A stretch of 64,000 nt of DNA from Eledone cirrhosa. Its lineage: Eukaryota. The stretch spans positions 35,650,001-35,714,000 of the forward strand of contig OZ024745.1 of assembly GCA_964016885.1 (NCBI GenBank), in the 5' to 3' direction. Positions within the stretch are counted from its first letter, which is position 1. Every line of letters starts with the position of its first letter. Below the pieces are notes generated by a model. That model made no database searches. It was not told where the DNA came from and worked only from the letters and a program-made list of their open reading frames with translations. The translations under genes were made by a program, and so were the position numbers. Shown here piece by piece: positions 13,657-29,240 of this stretch.

Positions 13657-15789
13657 AGCGTCCGCTAAATCAATTCAGCTTGAATAGAAATATTTCCAAA
13701 TTGAATCGATGCCATTGAATAGATGTATAATTGCATATATCATTAGACAGTTAGATCACCTCATTGACACGTAATATATACCTCAGCTGAGATAATTAAG
13801 TAGATTTACATGTCATTCCACACACTAATGCTTGCATTCACGAAATAAAAGCATCTCTTGATAGCCAATCAAATGATCATGAATGGAATATCACTACCCA
13901 TGATTGGGATAACACCAACCATGAATACCAGGCACTGAAATTTGGTTAACCAAGAATAATTCGAAAGCAAACATTTGAAATTGGTGAGCATTGTTCATGA
14001 AAATATTGAATTCATTTTATGCAAGATTTTTTACTTACAACATTTGATATATACGGGTCAGAAAATCCATTTAACATTGTTATAAGTGCTTTTGTTATTC
14101 TAAACAACTCTTACATTCCCAGTGTATCATCAATATAAATCTTGATCGACACAGTTTCCATAGGTGAGTGCGTGTCATTGACCAAATGGTACATATATTT
14201 CCTTGGCAGCATTTCATAGGAGATGAATTTCAGAATTTATATTGGCGACATATCTGCATAAGATATCTTAACATTTATTTGTGTATGCATCTTTCTGTAC
14301 ACTTACGTGTGCTATATGTATATTGTATATTTTCATCTAAAACGCGGCCTGATTTTAAATAGTCTAATGACAATGTACACCTGATTATATTTATAAGCTT
14401 CTCCAATTTTCCCTATAATATATATATATATTCACCGGGAATTGGATCTGGGGATTTGGTGTTGTAGCCTAGCTTCAACAGGATGCTCCTTTTTCCTAGT
14501 AATGCACTCTTCTCCAAAATTATATCATTTTAACTTAACGTGTAGTAAGCTGACACATATATTGTGCAACATTAGTTGCTCTGATCACATTAGATTATTA
14601 AGCCTGCATTTTTCACATCGCAGTCAATACTCTACCACATGAATTCATATATAAAGACAATACACAATATTTTCATAACTATTCCACGCAGCGATGATGC
14701 TTAGCGACTTATTTATTACGCATAAGAAATTATTATACATTTCATTTTATTATACAGATTTGTATAAAACTATGATCCATTAAGATTCTGTAAAGCGCGT
14801 GCCTGATGTCTCCGCCCGTACAGCTGCCTAGTCAGCTTAATGATAGCATCGGTCCTGCATTGATGTTTTCTCGTTGACTCTCGATATTAGTGTTGCTGTG
14901 TTAATGAAATATCCAAAGAGGTGGAGTGGGCGCATTGTGTTATGACCTGTAACATGATTTGATGTGAATGTGTGTGGATTGTGATTTGGAAATACAGGCT
15001 TATTAATTTCCTTAGTATGGTCAGGGGAAGACGTGCCAAAATCTAAGTTTTCAATAGTGAGAAAAGGTGAAATCAGATGCATTAGTTATAAAAAGTGAGA
15101 GCGCTATCTTCATTCATTCATTTTTCAGTATGTCCTTTCAATTATTTTTAATACAGTAAGGTGTATTTGAGGAAAGTTAGTTGCTGTTTCTAGTGTATCT
15201 TGCAACGGCATGGGGGTATTTTGTTCACTCTGTGATGCTAATAAATATGACCATGTTGGAAGCAAGTTCAAGAGAAAGAGAAATATTAATTTGCTTTTTT
15301 GAAGACAATAATATGCATTTGATAGAATTCATCAACTGTTTCTAGCGTGTCTAATGGCAGCATAGAGCATATGTATGCTGGACATGTTCGTATGCATAAG
15401 TTGGTAAGGCAGAGTAAAGACAACCACGACGTGTGGGGGTAATGTAGAATAAGCTTACTTAGAGTAGTGTGCTTTATAGTGAGAACGTAAAGAACACAAA
15501 CGATAATAAAAATAAACCAACAGTGATATACATCCAACAAACGATTTCTAATCATTAGTAATACTTTGACATGATCAAATTTGAAATGTTGTATATACTA
15601 ATAAACTGAGTGCATGCGTCAGTCATGTTAGAAGAACTCACGGATTGACTTGGATGAATTAATTGTATATTGTTTTATTAGAAAGAAATCAGATGAAAGA
15701 ACAAAGTAATTAAGGAATCGGTATTGAAAGTCAGCGAAGTGAATGGGAGAGACGTATTGTGTATATGTGTGTATCTTTATATTAGTCTA

Positions 15790-15975
15790 CATATGTATAC
15801 AAATATGTATTAGTCTATATATGAGTATATGTGTGTATTAGTGTGCCTGTGTGTTAGTCTATACTTGAGTATATGTGTGTATTAGTGTGCCTCTGTATAT
15901 TGGTGTATATATGAGTATATGTGTGTATTAGTGTGCCTCTGTATATTGGTGTATATATGTGTATTAGTGTACCTA
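15790..15975. repeat. Short minisatellite (tgagtatatgtgtgtattagtgtgcctctgtatattggtgtatata-like units)
   Basis: Three to four imperfect tandem copies. Confidence 0.75.
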
Positions 15976-17406
15976 TGCACGTATCAGTGTGTATATGTGT
16001 GTATGAACGTGAGTGTGCAGGAATGTGCGAAAGTGAGTTAATTGTGTATATGTACGTGGCTTTAGATATGCATGTGTTTTCATTATTGGTTTCACATGCA
16101 CGTTTGTGTATCATCTTGACAAATATTTTCACACAAAACAAAAAAATTAAATAATAAAGTGAATCATGTCTTCCCAAACTGCGCTAATTACCTCAATTTC
16201 TCCCTTTATAATAGGATATAATTAAAAATATATGAGCTCCCTACGTGTATCCTCCTCCCCCACCTGACCCTCCTCCCACTTCTCCAGTCCTTTACACTAC
16301 TTTTTCTCATTCATCTTATTTCTCTTCTTTTTCATATTCCTTGTCTTTGTTTATGACTTTTCGTCTTTCAATTTACCTCTGCTACCACAAGCAATACTCC
16401 CAACACTAACGCTATCTTCAACACCACCATCACCTATTAATACTACAGGTACCACTACCACCACTACTAATAGTACCGGCTATCGTATTATCATAATCGG
16501 GTCCTTCGCTTTTGGCAATGCAATTTCATCCAGTTGCACTCTGTTGCTCTACTAAATAAGAATTAAATCTATACTTTACGGAATAATGACTGCAATTAAA
16601 CAACGTATTTAATATTGCTGTAAATTGAAAGGAATGGACAGGAAATCAATAGGTCTCAATGTTCGTCTATGATGAGCAAGTCTTTGTCTCACTAAATACG
16701 CTGGAGTCCCTTGATTATACCTGCGTTATAAATAAAGGTAGGATTATTATATAATTGACGTTTCTATAAACTTCATTATTAACTGAATGAGGAAATATAT
16801 CTTATGAATTATTAAATAGAGCTTAGCGGAATGGCGTTCTTCCATCGTTATTTCTAACATCTCAAACACGATGGAGACAGCCGTTCGTCTGCGATCTACT
16901 ACTTTCAGTCTATCCCTATTAAATGACCAGCATAACAGTTTCAGTAGAACTATATACATCGAAGGAAAGGACACACGCCCGTTTCGACGATGGGTGTTCG
17001 ATTTGTTCAATCAACGAGTTAGTCTGCTCCAGAATTTAATGTCTGAGTAGCTGAGCACCTCACAGACTCATATTTTCTTAGCGTACTTCTTAGGGTGATT
17101 TACATTAACATACTGTATGACAGTCCATCGGAGGGGCTTACATACAACTTCCGTCTACACAGTTTCAGTCAAATGGCATGGGACGACCGGAGTCTATGGT
17201 AAATGACATTTCTCCAACATGTTACGGAGTGGGATTGAGCCAGGAACGATTATAAGCGGTTTGGTATCGACAGGGTTACACTTCCATTCCTTGTGAATAC
17301 AAAAACAATGCGCATTGCTAATGTAAATCGCAATATTTGACAATGTCTTCACTTACACATTTACGCAAAAATCCCTAGCCTTAAGCAAAGAAAAAAAAAT
17401 CATTAT

Positions 17407-17467
<61 letters not shown>

Positions 17468-17470
<3 letters not shown>

Positions 17471-17642
17471 AAAAGAGTCAGGACCCCGACGGCTCAGTTC
17501 CGAACTAGATCGAATTTAGCTGTAAAAACGGCCGGAGCTGAGCCGTCGGTGTCCTGACTTTTTTCCTATTACCCACTCTACTATCCTAAGTATCGAGTAC
17601 TCTTGTGCGTTATGGTCCACCTAATATCTTACCACACCTTTT
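17468..17642 (+). mobile_element. Family A fold-back module (diverged copy)
   Basis: aggaaaagagtcaggaccccgacggctc...gagccgtcggtgtcctgacttttttcct plus tail attacccactctact...; (TA)n on both sides. Confidence 0.7.
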
Positions 17643-20093
17643 ATATATATATATATATATACAGTCGCTATACAAAGAAAAATAGTCAGGTAGGGTTGAA
17701 CAATGAACCAAAACCCCAACCAAATCCCTATCTTCTCTAAAAAGTTACCTCCCCCACACCCTACCTAATCCTTTTTCTTATATAAATGAATTACCCCCTC
17801 TAATCTCTCTCTCACATACCCGGCCACCCTGAATCCCCCCCCCCTGCCTATGAACTCTCTAAAAAGGGAAATCATATCAAACCCCAAACTACCATTTGCC
17901 TCCATCATGGAACATCTAAGCACTCTTGTCATAATAACACATTTTGAACTGCTCATCTTCAAGAACTATGCTTGTAAATAATGTTATTCTTTCTTTCCCA
18001 TTACCTTTTTTTATGTTCCACATTACCCCCTTTTTTATTTTTTATTTTCACTTCAAAAACCTTGTTTGTAAATAACATTATTCTTTCTTCACCATTTCCT
18101 TAACATGTTCAACATCACCAACATTTTACACCAATACAAATTCTCCTCTTTTATAATGCATAAAATGCTGAAACCGGTAATAGACAATTATTAAATATAT
18201 AAATAAATAAATAAATGCCATTGTTAATTAATAAATAAATCAACTAATACCTTAACACTTCACACAAAGTAAAATATTTTGTTCTAAACATTTTCTAACC
18301 CAGAAAAAAAGAGAAAAAAATAAAAGGGAAAAAAAAATATTTTTCTTCCTAATAATCGTCTTTTTCTCCCTATTTTCATATATATATATATATATATAAA
18401 TATATATATATCTTTTCTGACTATCCTTTTCTGATGGTCACCTTACCACCATCTTTTCTGCTACAACTACTGATAGACTACCTTTTTATAAACACTTTAA
18501 ATTTAGTAACCAGCGAGGGAATCACTACAAATTAGCTTGACCTTTTCGAAATAATCAGCCAATCTCAAACCCTACCTTGTTCTAACAAATAATTTAGGCC
18601 TTTATGAATTCAGTTCACTATATATTATGTTTTAGAAAAAAAGAAATGGTGACAAAACTTTAGCTGGAATATATTTTTTCGAGTTTCAATTGGTGCTAAA
18701 GGACCACAACAATAACAATTACAACCGTAACAACAATACATTCTACTTATTTACAGACTTCTTATGCCACTTAAAACAAAGGGTCACCTTAAAATCTTTC
18801 TCTTCTCAGGTTTCATTTTGACATTTTTATCCATCAGAGTGTTGACTAAACAATCAATATCATTGCAATGTACTAAGGTAGTTGTTAAAGCGTATATCAT
18901 AAATACTTGCTTCTTTTATATTGAAATGTACATTTAATGTTGACAGACCTGCTGAATCAATAAATGTACTTAATGTATGACTTCAACATTACAATATCAA
19001 GTAAGCATATTTTCAGTTATCCCACAAATTTGAATATATGCAATCGTCATATATTAATGTCATTCGTGATCTTTTCGTCTTGTCGTGCCTGAACTACTGA
19101 TTGGGAATAATCATAAGATTTATGGGTTCAAAGATGTATAACATTCAGTCGAGTGAAGAAGTATAGTTCTGTTACTTAACATATCGACCTTGGAACAGTT
19201 TCTGTAATAGAACTGATACCGTTGGGATTTCATCTCATAACAGTAACAATGAGGCATTCAATTGAACGCAATAAATCATTTAGTCTAACATTCTAATGTT
19301 TATACTAAATTACGCACACATACAGTTAAACTTGAACTGCTGTTTAATCAATTTTTATATTCAAATAAAACAAAAGAATTTCTTCGCAGTCATTCTAGAG
19401 ACAAATTTACAATAGGTTTCCTGAGTCATTAACTCTTACTTATACACAATCAAGTCATTTATTATTTTATTTGTATTTAATTTTCAGTGGCAAGGAGCAG
19501 TAGAAAATATAACACAAAGATTTAAAGATGTTCAGTTTTGCCATCACAATGTTACCGTATGATTTATTGCAATTATACATGCATACACACACCTGGAGCA
19601 CACACACACTCACCCCTCTCTCTCACACGCACAGCCACACACACACACACACATACAGACACACATATATATATATATATCGATGTGTGGAGGTGTGAAT
19701 TTCAGGTTTTTATTCCGGTTATTTAGTCTGGTAATTTTTTCACTATCATTTATCTAATAATATAGTGCATCTCATCCTGACAACCTTCCGCATAATGTGT
19801 TGCTATTTCTAGACTAACCTTGCAACACATTCATCTATTGGCATGTTTTTCATGTAAGTTATAAATTAAAATCCCCAACCAGTCATTAGTTAAACGGGAA
19901 AGGTGAAGTCTGTCGGAAGTCCAGGCACTCATCACTTCGCACTGTTTAACATTTCACAAACATATAACGTGCTGGTTTCTAGCCATCAAACGCAAACACT
20001 CACACATACATAGAGCGAGTGTGTGTGAGAGAGAGAGATAGAGATAGAGAGAGAGCGGGGGGGATATTGAGAGAGAGTGAGATTGAGAGAGAG

Positions 20094-20151
<58 letters not shown>

Positions 20152-20200
20152 CATATATCTATATCTCTATCTATCTATGGATATATAATATATATATATA

Positions 20201-20289
20201 ACGATGGAGGTGTGGTAAGGAACCAGATAGTTGATAACGCACCAGAGTACTCAGTACTTAGGGCAGTAGAGTGGGTAATAGGAAAATGT

Positions 20290-20293
<4 letters not shown>
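20201..20293 (-). mobile_element. Family A module, tail only (palindrome collapsed)
   Basis: Reverse complement of the family A tail, ending taataggaaaatgttttc. Confidence 0.7.
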
Positions 20294-20320
<27 letters not shown>

Positions 20321-20988
20321 CGTCAAGACATCTACCCCTTAAAATATTTTGAATGATTAGCTAACATAAAGATATAAAAACATTTTCAGCTGATATAAAG
20401 ATATAATTCGGCTCAATAAACTCTTACTAGTTGATTGTTGAAGGCAGAAATCTGCTTCTTAAATGCAACACGTTAGCAGCAATACTTAACCTCCAATCTT
20501 CCAGACAACCTGTGCTAAAAGAGCTCAGCATAATAATATGTCAAGCGAAGTTTCTCTGAAGAAATAATACTATAACAATCGTGATACATATGGCAATTAA
20601 TGTGTGCCTCTTACAGCAATACCATATTCTATAATGTTTTGGCAACATTCCATAATGTATTTGTAATACCAATGCTATATCGGGATTTAGAGTACTTGAC
20701 AAATTTACAGCGGAAATCTGCTATTTAGGTGTTATTAACACCAGCAGATACTGTCATCAGCTGGATATTTCTATAGAAAATATGATATCGAAAGGCATTT
20801 GTTAAATAAAAAAAAAGAGAGAACAGAAACCAGCAAAAAAAAAAAATGATGCGAAAGATAAGTACATACAGACATTGAATATCGCTGCGTGGTGAAACTC
20901 ACAGACTATCTGCCAAATAACCACAACAAAATTACTAACTACACATCTTTAAAGGAACAGCATTTATATCAAGAGTGACGTTTCATAG

Positions 20989-21209
<221 letters not shown>

Positions 21210-21488
21210 TATATATATATATATATTTTTTTTTTTTAGGAACGATCGACTTTCGTCAAATCGGACCGAGGGAACAGCGTTTCCGTTGGTCTTTCCAATT
21301 GCTAATACTATCTATCGGTCGCAACTCCAGGTAGAAGGAGCAACGTGAAATAAAGTGTCTTGCTCAAGGACATAACGGCTGTTTTATATGTATGTAAAAG
21401 GTAAACAGAAATAACAACACAATCGGTACAGTATATGGAAGGTATATATATATATATTAGGTTAACGCTTGATATAGCAGGAAGAGGG

Positions 21489-21525
21489 TCTTAACGTTTC
21501 GGACGCTAGTCCTTCATCAGAAGAA
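21489..21525 (-). ncRNA. Minimal hammerhead motif
   Basis: Minus: tctt-CTGATGA-a-ggac-tagc-gtcc-GAAA-cgtta-aga, in a module flanked by TA. Confidence 0.65.
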
Positions 21526-21953
21526 AGAATGAGAAATAAAATAGATTGAGGGGACGGGCGGGATGGAATTGGAAAACATGTCTATATATATACAGTATAT
21601 AAAAGCGGCTATTGCAGTGCACCAGCATGGTCTCATTCAGTCGGCTGTAACAGGTAAAATAATAAAATTAATATATGTATGTGCGCGCGTGTGTGTTTGT
21701 GGGTGTGTATATGTGTGTTTATAACTCTCACCTAAATATTGTTTTTATTAACACATAACTTACACACAATTCATTTTTAACAAGCCGACGCTTCAGTAGC
21801 TTTCACACAATTTACACCAACATATTAAATTGCACCAACTATTTCGTCCAGAAAAATCTTGCACATAAATATATTCCTCCGAATAAAATACGTGCCTCTT
21901 ACTGTTAACATGTTAGAACTTAATTTAAATAAAAGTGGAATAGCAATTAATCG

Positions 21954-22065
<112 letters not shown>

Positions 22066-23602
22066 TTACACCTCACAAATTCTAAATACACACACAAATA
22101 TATATATATATATTTATGTTCTCACACCTCACAAATTCTAGACAGGGGAAATAAGAAAGTAAATAAAACATTTACTAATTAGTTTGGTTTAAGTTAATGT
22201 GTTCATGCTTCAGAACTTCATTACAATGAAATATAACATATTATTCAATTGCACATAAATCGTTGTCTCTAATGATTGCACTAGATTCCCATATCGTCTC
22301 ACTATCTGTGTTAAACACTGGGGCTGATTGTGTATCCAAGATGCTACGCAATGATTTCATCTTGTAATCAAAAAGAAAAATTCGTTATTTTCTGTAATAA
22401 ACCAACTGACTATGCGGAGACGGAGGTCGTAAGTAATTGATAATTCGAGAAGAAATTTCTACCAATTATATTTATATACAATTATATAAACTAGATTGTC
22501 AAGTTTATAAGTGAGCCACTACCTAAATAACAATGAAATCACCCTTAACAGTCATTCAAGTGACATACTAATATCTAAAAAAAGAAAAGTGAAGACATAT
22601 TAGCTATTGCAATTCTGAATATATGCTGTAACTGAGCAATCAGCCGTTTTGATTTGACTTTTGCAAGGACAATCCCTAGCAGGGACTAAGAACAGCAGTG
22701 CTAAATGAAACATGTAATTTAGGGATGAAAGAAAATAAAAATAAATTGTAACAAAAGACAGGTATAAAGTGATAAATCAGTATTTATCGAAGTAAACTAA
22801 CAAGCTTAGGAGTTATTCAATATTTTATTATTCATACTTTATATTTCGTTAACTTATTATTACTAAAAATCTGTATATATTATGTAGGATATACAGTGTA
22901 TATAATATAATTATCTATTCTATCCACTCTATGCCCGTATTTTAATTCAATATATATAGATAATATGGAAATATATTCCATTTTATTTGCTTTGCTTAAA
23001 ACTTCAACACGATAACAGCGTGCTATAAAAGAAGTAATATGCTTATTAAATTATATAACTGCTTTCGACAGAAGGTTTTTTTAGTTTCCCCAGACGATAT
23101 GTTTTACAAAATGATTTGTAAGTTCTCAAAAAAATTTCATAAGATGTACACAGCTGTAACTATTTGTCTCAGTAAATTAGTTGTTGTTGTGCAGTCCGAG
23201 TTTGCCCCAGTTACCGTGTTTCTATGATTACGTGGGATATACACTCCTTTTTTCTTTGTTTCGTTATTTCTTTCGTTAGAGGTTGCTACTAAGTTTTCTT
23301 TCGTTTTGTGTGGATATTAATAAGCACATTGAGATTTTCACTGACTTTCATGAAGTTGTGTTTTTCTGATGAATTAATGGGGTTTTGTTATGCTGCTTGT
23401 GTGATATGTCTTTTGGGTGCGTCTATAATTATTTTATTCAGTATAAGGTGGGGACACCTTATTAACATATGACGTTTTTATAGTATTTTTAAAACTAGAG
23501 GAGCCAATCTCCTATCCACATCCGAATACAGTAGATTTCTTCCAGAGAAAGACAGAGAGTGAGAGAAAAGAAGTGAAAAAGAGATAGAGATTTAGAGGAA
23601 GA

Positions 23603-23752
23603 ATCGACTCCAGTACTAGGCTGGTAATATTTTGTCGAACTTAAATGGATACGAGGCAAAGTTGACCTCGGCGGGATTTAAACTCAGGGAGCGGGAACGA
23701 ATAGCATAAAACATTTTAACCGGCGTTCTAACGACTTCCAATTCGCCGCCTT
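23603..23752 (-). mobile_element. tRNA-derived SINE (Meta-domain-like core)
   Basis: Reverse complement gives a ggcggcgaattgg head, then B-box-like gagtttaaatcccgccgaggtcaactttgcc...cgacaaaatattaccag. Confidence 0.7.
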
Positions 23753-24155
23753 CAGTATATGTACTGAAGTGTATATTGGCATCTAAAAAAAAATTGATTC
23801 TGTTTCAAGATAACAAATCATCCCATTCTACATTTTGCACATTGTACAGCTGTTTTTGTTTTTACTTTGAAGCCTGAGTTTGGTTTGGGCATTGTAATTG
23901 TTAGCTCGTCTTAGGAATGTTAGGAAAATATTTTCCAGGTATTTAACGTACAAGCGTCTGGTTCGGTAGAATGTGATAGAGCATTTCTATGTAAAAAAAA
24001 AAAAATATATATATATAATAAGAGATTTTGAAAAACAAGCACTATAGCTGGTGCCAGTATATGTGAATTATTGCGATCTTCTACATTATATAAACAAAAA
24101 AAACATTCATCATTATTAGTATCATCGAGGTTCATCGCACATTAGGCTATATTAT

Positions 24156-24344
<189 letters not shown>

Positions 24345-24406
24345 TTGCAATAAGGCTAAATATTGAGCCTAGTTACTTTTGTGTTTCATCAGACAAGAAC
24401 ATGATA

Positions 24407-24489
<83 letters not shown>

Positions 24490-24755
24490 GGAAAAGAATG
24501 AAACGAAATTTCATTTATCACTCTTAGTACGGCTGATACCTAAATATAAGTATGTATACGTACATACATATATGTGTACAGGCGTACAGTAGTATGTATA
24601 TATATACATACATGCACACATATATGTACGTACGTACGTACGTTTACCGAACATTTATTATAATGTTCGGTTTGTTTGTAAACAAACAGCCCGAATTAAG
24701 CCGTACAGTACTTGGCAACCATCGTCGTCCTTTTTGTTCAACACTGACACAGGAA

Positions 24756-24796
24756 CGATGTAATAGTTTCGAGCTTATTAGCTATCGTCAGCATCG
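24756..24796 (-). ncRNA. Minimal type I hammerhead motif
   Basis: Minus: cgatg-CTGACGA-t-agct-aata-agct-c-GAAA-ctat-TA-catcg. Stem I is a perfect 5 bp. Adjacent inverted repeat at 24780-24838/24867-24925. Confidence 0.68.
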
Positions 24797-24943
24797 TATA
24801 CCTTTCTGTCAGATGATTGAACGTTTGAAAGTATATACTGCTCAGCCGTTAATATGCATAAGGAAAGTATATACTTCCAAGCGTTCAATCATCTGACAGA
24901 AAGGTATGCGATGCAGACGATAGCTGCACGTGTGTGTGCGCGC

Positions 24944-24985
<42 letters not shown>

Positions 24986-26671
24986 ACGGGGCAGGTTAGA
25001 AGTTCATAGTCATAAATCTACACGTGGACGGCTCGAGTTGTATCCTAATATCGCTTCAACAGGCTTCGATAGAGTCGTGAGGATCTGACCATGGGAAAGG
25101 TCTAGAAAAGGTGACCTAAACAAATCCTGTTCAGTCATCAAATTGGCCAGCAGCCTGCAGTTGGCGGTCTTTCATAATAGCAAAGAATCATTGAAGAGAT
25201 GGCCTCTTCTCTAAAGAAGTGATAGTTATCATATATATGTATGTATGTATCTATATAAGGTCACTCTGATTAAAAACCTGCGATTTAGTTTACATCTAAT
25301 GATGTAGACCATTACTACCTTTTTGGTAAATGCATTCGATGTTCAGAGAGTGGGATTGGCCCCATGCAAAGCCTTTCCTAACTTAAAAAAGCTTCAAGCA
25401 CAGACATCACTCGATATGTGACATTCTTTGTGCATGGCATTGCTGGCCATCGACAAGTCTCTAGCAGGACTTAGAAACCATGTCGCTCATGCTTATACCT
25501 AAGTATTAGGTGATGGCATTATTGGAAATCGAGTCATATATATAATTGTTTTTTTCTAACTTAAAAATAAAAAACGTTTTTGCAATTTTAGTCATTCAGG
25601 GCATCCATACACAATTACACCTCTAATCAACGTTTCACCATAACATCATGTATTAATCGATCTGCAATTGATTCCATCACCTATATTACTGCACATACTC
25701 TACTCTAAACAGTGAAAGTCTATCTGTGACTTTCTCAACAAGCTTAAAGATTAATTATGCCCGACTCTTCAAATGCGATGTAAAATAGGGAGGATTAAAA
25801 GATTAAGCACTCTAACGGCAGAAAACCCGCCCACATTTTCCTTTCATTGGTATGTGTAACTAATTACAAAACCCTTTTGAAGATCATACGATCACATTGT
25901 AGAATGATCAGAGCTTCGGAATGATCAGAATATGCCTGAGGAAAAAAGATACAAAGAGCTAAATATTGACAATTCAATAATACAAGGCCTTCTTCGTCCT
26001 CATATGTATGTTTGTATGTATGTATGTATGCATGTATGTGTTTGTATTTATATATGTAAGTATGTAAGTATGCATGTATGTATGTATGTATGTATGTATG
26101 TATGTATGTATGTATGTATGTATGTATGTATGTATGTATGTATGTGTATGTATGCGTGCACACGTGCTGGTTTCTGTTTGAATCACGCGTGTGCACAATT
26201 AAATGTTTATAATATATGCCCGTTACATTCAAGAACTTATCTGATATGGGAAGTTCTATTTAACTACAACAACAGGAAATCGCGTAAAGTAGGAAGGCGC
26301 TGGACTTGATTAAATTGACCCTAGTATATTGCTTGTATATATTTTATCCACTTTACCATTTTAAAACTATAATCAACAACAATATGTCTGTGAGACCTGC
26401 AACCGATTAAATAGGATAAAAAAGAAACTAAACAAGTCCAGTTCATATTCTGATAGCAACACAAGCCTGTATTAAATGTTTATATTGAAACTAAATCCAG
26501 GGGCGTAATATCATATGGATTAAGAAAATGTTTAGACAAAATAATAATTATATTCTTGGTGACAGAAAAACCGGTGACCAATCAAATCTGAAACTAGTAG
26601 GACATATCCATTTAAGAATATTCACTATGTCAAACCTAACTGCCCAGTCAGCAAAATAAGCCCACAAAGAA

Positions 26672-26822
<151 letters not shown>

Positions 26823-27104
26823 ATATTTATATATACATATATATATATAGTAATAATAATAAATTTGAAGATTAAAATCCAAAGAGGGCTCGATATTTAT
26901 ATATACAATGATATTAAATAAATTTGTTGAATTACCAACAAATTGAATATCCCTTTTGCCTATATATATATATATGCAAAAGTTCTATTTAAAATTGTTG
27001 GGATACAACAAGTAAATATTTTTATAACTGATATAAAGCACTCGACAAGTATTTGGAGTAGATATACGATATTAATAAATGGAAACTATATTTATAAAAC
27101 CATA

Positions 27105-27171
27105 TTTATTTCATTATACATATTTCCGGGATACCAAATTAAATTATGGTATGTCTTCATCAGACAAAATA
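27105..27171 (-). ncRNA. Minimal type I hammerhead motif (family C) inside a fold-back
   Basis: Minus: tattttgt-CTGATGA-agacatacca...tggtatcccg-GAAA-tatgta-TA-atgaaata. Mirrored copy at ~27178-27275. Confidence 0.6.
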
Positions 27172-27282
27172 CAATATATGATGAAGACATACCATAATTT
27201 AATTTGGTATCCCTGAAATATGTATAATGAAATAAATATGGTTTTATGAATATAGTTTCCATTTATTAATATCGTATATATA

Positions 27283-27346
<64 letters not shown>

Positions 27347-27360
27347 CTTATATATATACA

Positions 27361-27432
27361 ACGAAGAAAGTGTGATAAGGAATAGCCGTCGAAACGGCTT
27401 GAGCTCTGCCATCGGGGTCAAACTTTTTCAGC
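27361..27432. mobile_element. Family A module, internally deleted
   Basis: Minus-strand tail end (acgaagaaagtgtgataagg) fused to a plus-strand arm (aatagccgtcgaaacggcttgagctctgccatcggggtc). Confidence 0.7.
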
Positions 27433-27494
27433 CTAGGAAAATATATATATATATGCCTACGTATACAATTACATGCATATATATGTATTTATTT

Positions 27495-27825
27495 TCTTTT
27501 ATTAAATGAGTTCTTTACACGAGGAATTAATATTGGTTTTGAAATAACTAATTAACCCGCGTGTGTTTTATATTTTACTCTTAATAATTCGGCCGGAGAA
27601 TTATATTCCGATTTGCCCTTTATAGCATAACTTTCTGCATTTACTGCGGTTATGAGAAGCGGTTCTTATTCGGGTACAACTTCTGATTTAGCCTAAGAAA
27701 ATATCTATATGCGTGTGTAATTTATACAAGCATATATTTATTTTTTTATTTTCAATTGAGTTCTTAAACACGTTGGATTGATAATGTTTTCAAAAAAACT
27801 AATTAACCCGCGTGTATATTATTAT
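27495..27825. repeat. Diverged ~85-bp direct repeat
   Basis: tgagttctt.acacg..gga....aactaattaacccgcgtgt at ~27507-27565 and ~27757-27815. Confidence 0.65.
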
Positions 27826-28313
27826 TTTTTTCCTCATTTCGTGGGTTGTCTCCCCTTCCCGCTTCGTGTCGCTATGATACCTCCTCAGTCAAAAACTGCT
27901 GGAATTTCAAATTTAGCGGTCATTCGAGGTGGGAGAGACCAACTTTACGGACATGATTTTTGACAGCGGTAAGAAATTGTTTTCTTATATCAATGCTTAA
28001 TGGGCTTCCACTGATGATTTATAAGTGCCCACCTAAATATATTCTTACATGAATATATATTAGGCTTCTACATAAACTGGAAACATTCTCCCAAACTTGT
28101 AGAAAACTTATAATGAAACAATTGTTTGGAAAGAGAGATATACTTTAACTTTAATTATATCTCATAAAATAATACAACTAGTTTTTCCACATTATACATA
28201 TTGTTAGCACCCCAAACACTTAAATTGGGTTTATATTTTAATATAACCTAATGTTTGTTGAGTGAGATGGTTACCAGTCAGAGTTTAGCTTTAAACTATC
28301 TCTGTTATTGTAT

Positions 28314-28389
<76 letters not shown>

Positions 28390-28664
28390 AAAAATGGAGT
28401 GCTGCGTGGTTGCACATGGGTTACATATGAATAAAATTAGTCCTGCATCAGGGATATTCCAACCTTCATTGATATTTCATCGCTTTAAAAATCATATACC
28501 TCTGGTTGGTGCGATTAATAACTAAATAAAGTTATTGGGACAAGTAAAATAGCGTGAAGCGAGCGAGACATGTAAACAAACAAAGATGGTATTGCAACGG
28601 AAAGATAGCAAGAGACAAGTACATGATATCTATAAACGTAAGCTTGCTGAATTATATACATATA

Positions 28665-28752
<88 letters not shown>

Positions 28753-28975
28753 CATATATACATAAGATTCCAGCTTCTATAATTTTCGGCGAAGGCAGGG
28801 TAATACGTGGCTCTGATCAACGCCAACCAGCGTGAAGACAAACTGTCAGCCTCTCTCCCTTCTTTCGCCATAAAGACATAAGTGACATAGTCACTACTTT
28901 AACACTGATAGCGTATAGTCTTCTAAATGTTTTTAATTAAACATGCGGTATATTGCCAAATATACTATACATACA

Positions 28976-29017
<42 letters not shown>

Positions 29018-29200
29018 TATATATTTAATATAGAAATGGTTTCTGCTGGAATAGAATTGCTTGATTCCTATGAAACTATCAGGAATGCCAAATGATATAT
29101 AGAGAGTGGTTGATATTTGTAGGTTTACTAGTGGTTTGTGATAGTGGTGGGGGACCCCACTTTTATGGAGCAGGTATCTACTAGAGGATTAGATAGAATC

Positions 29201-29240
<40 letters not shown>

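Noticed and set aside
23690-23752. tRNA gene
   Set aside because: A/B-box-like motifs belong to a SINE head; no cloverleaf.
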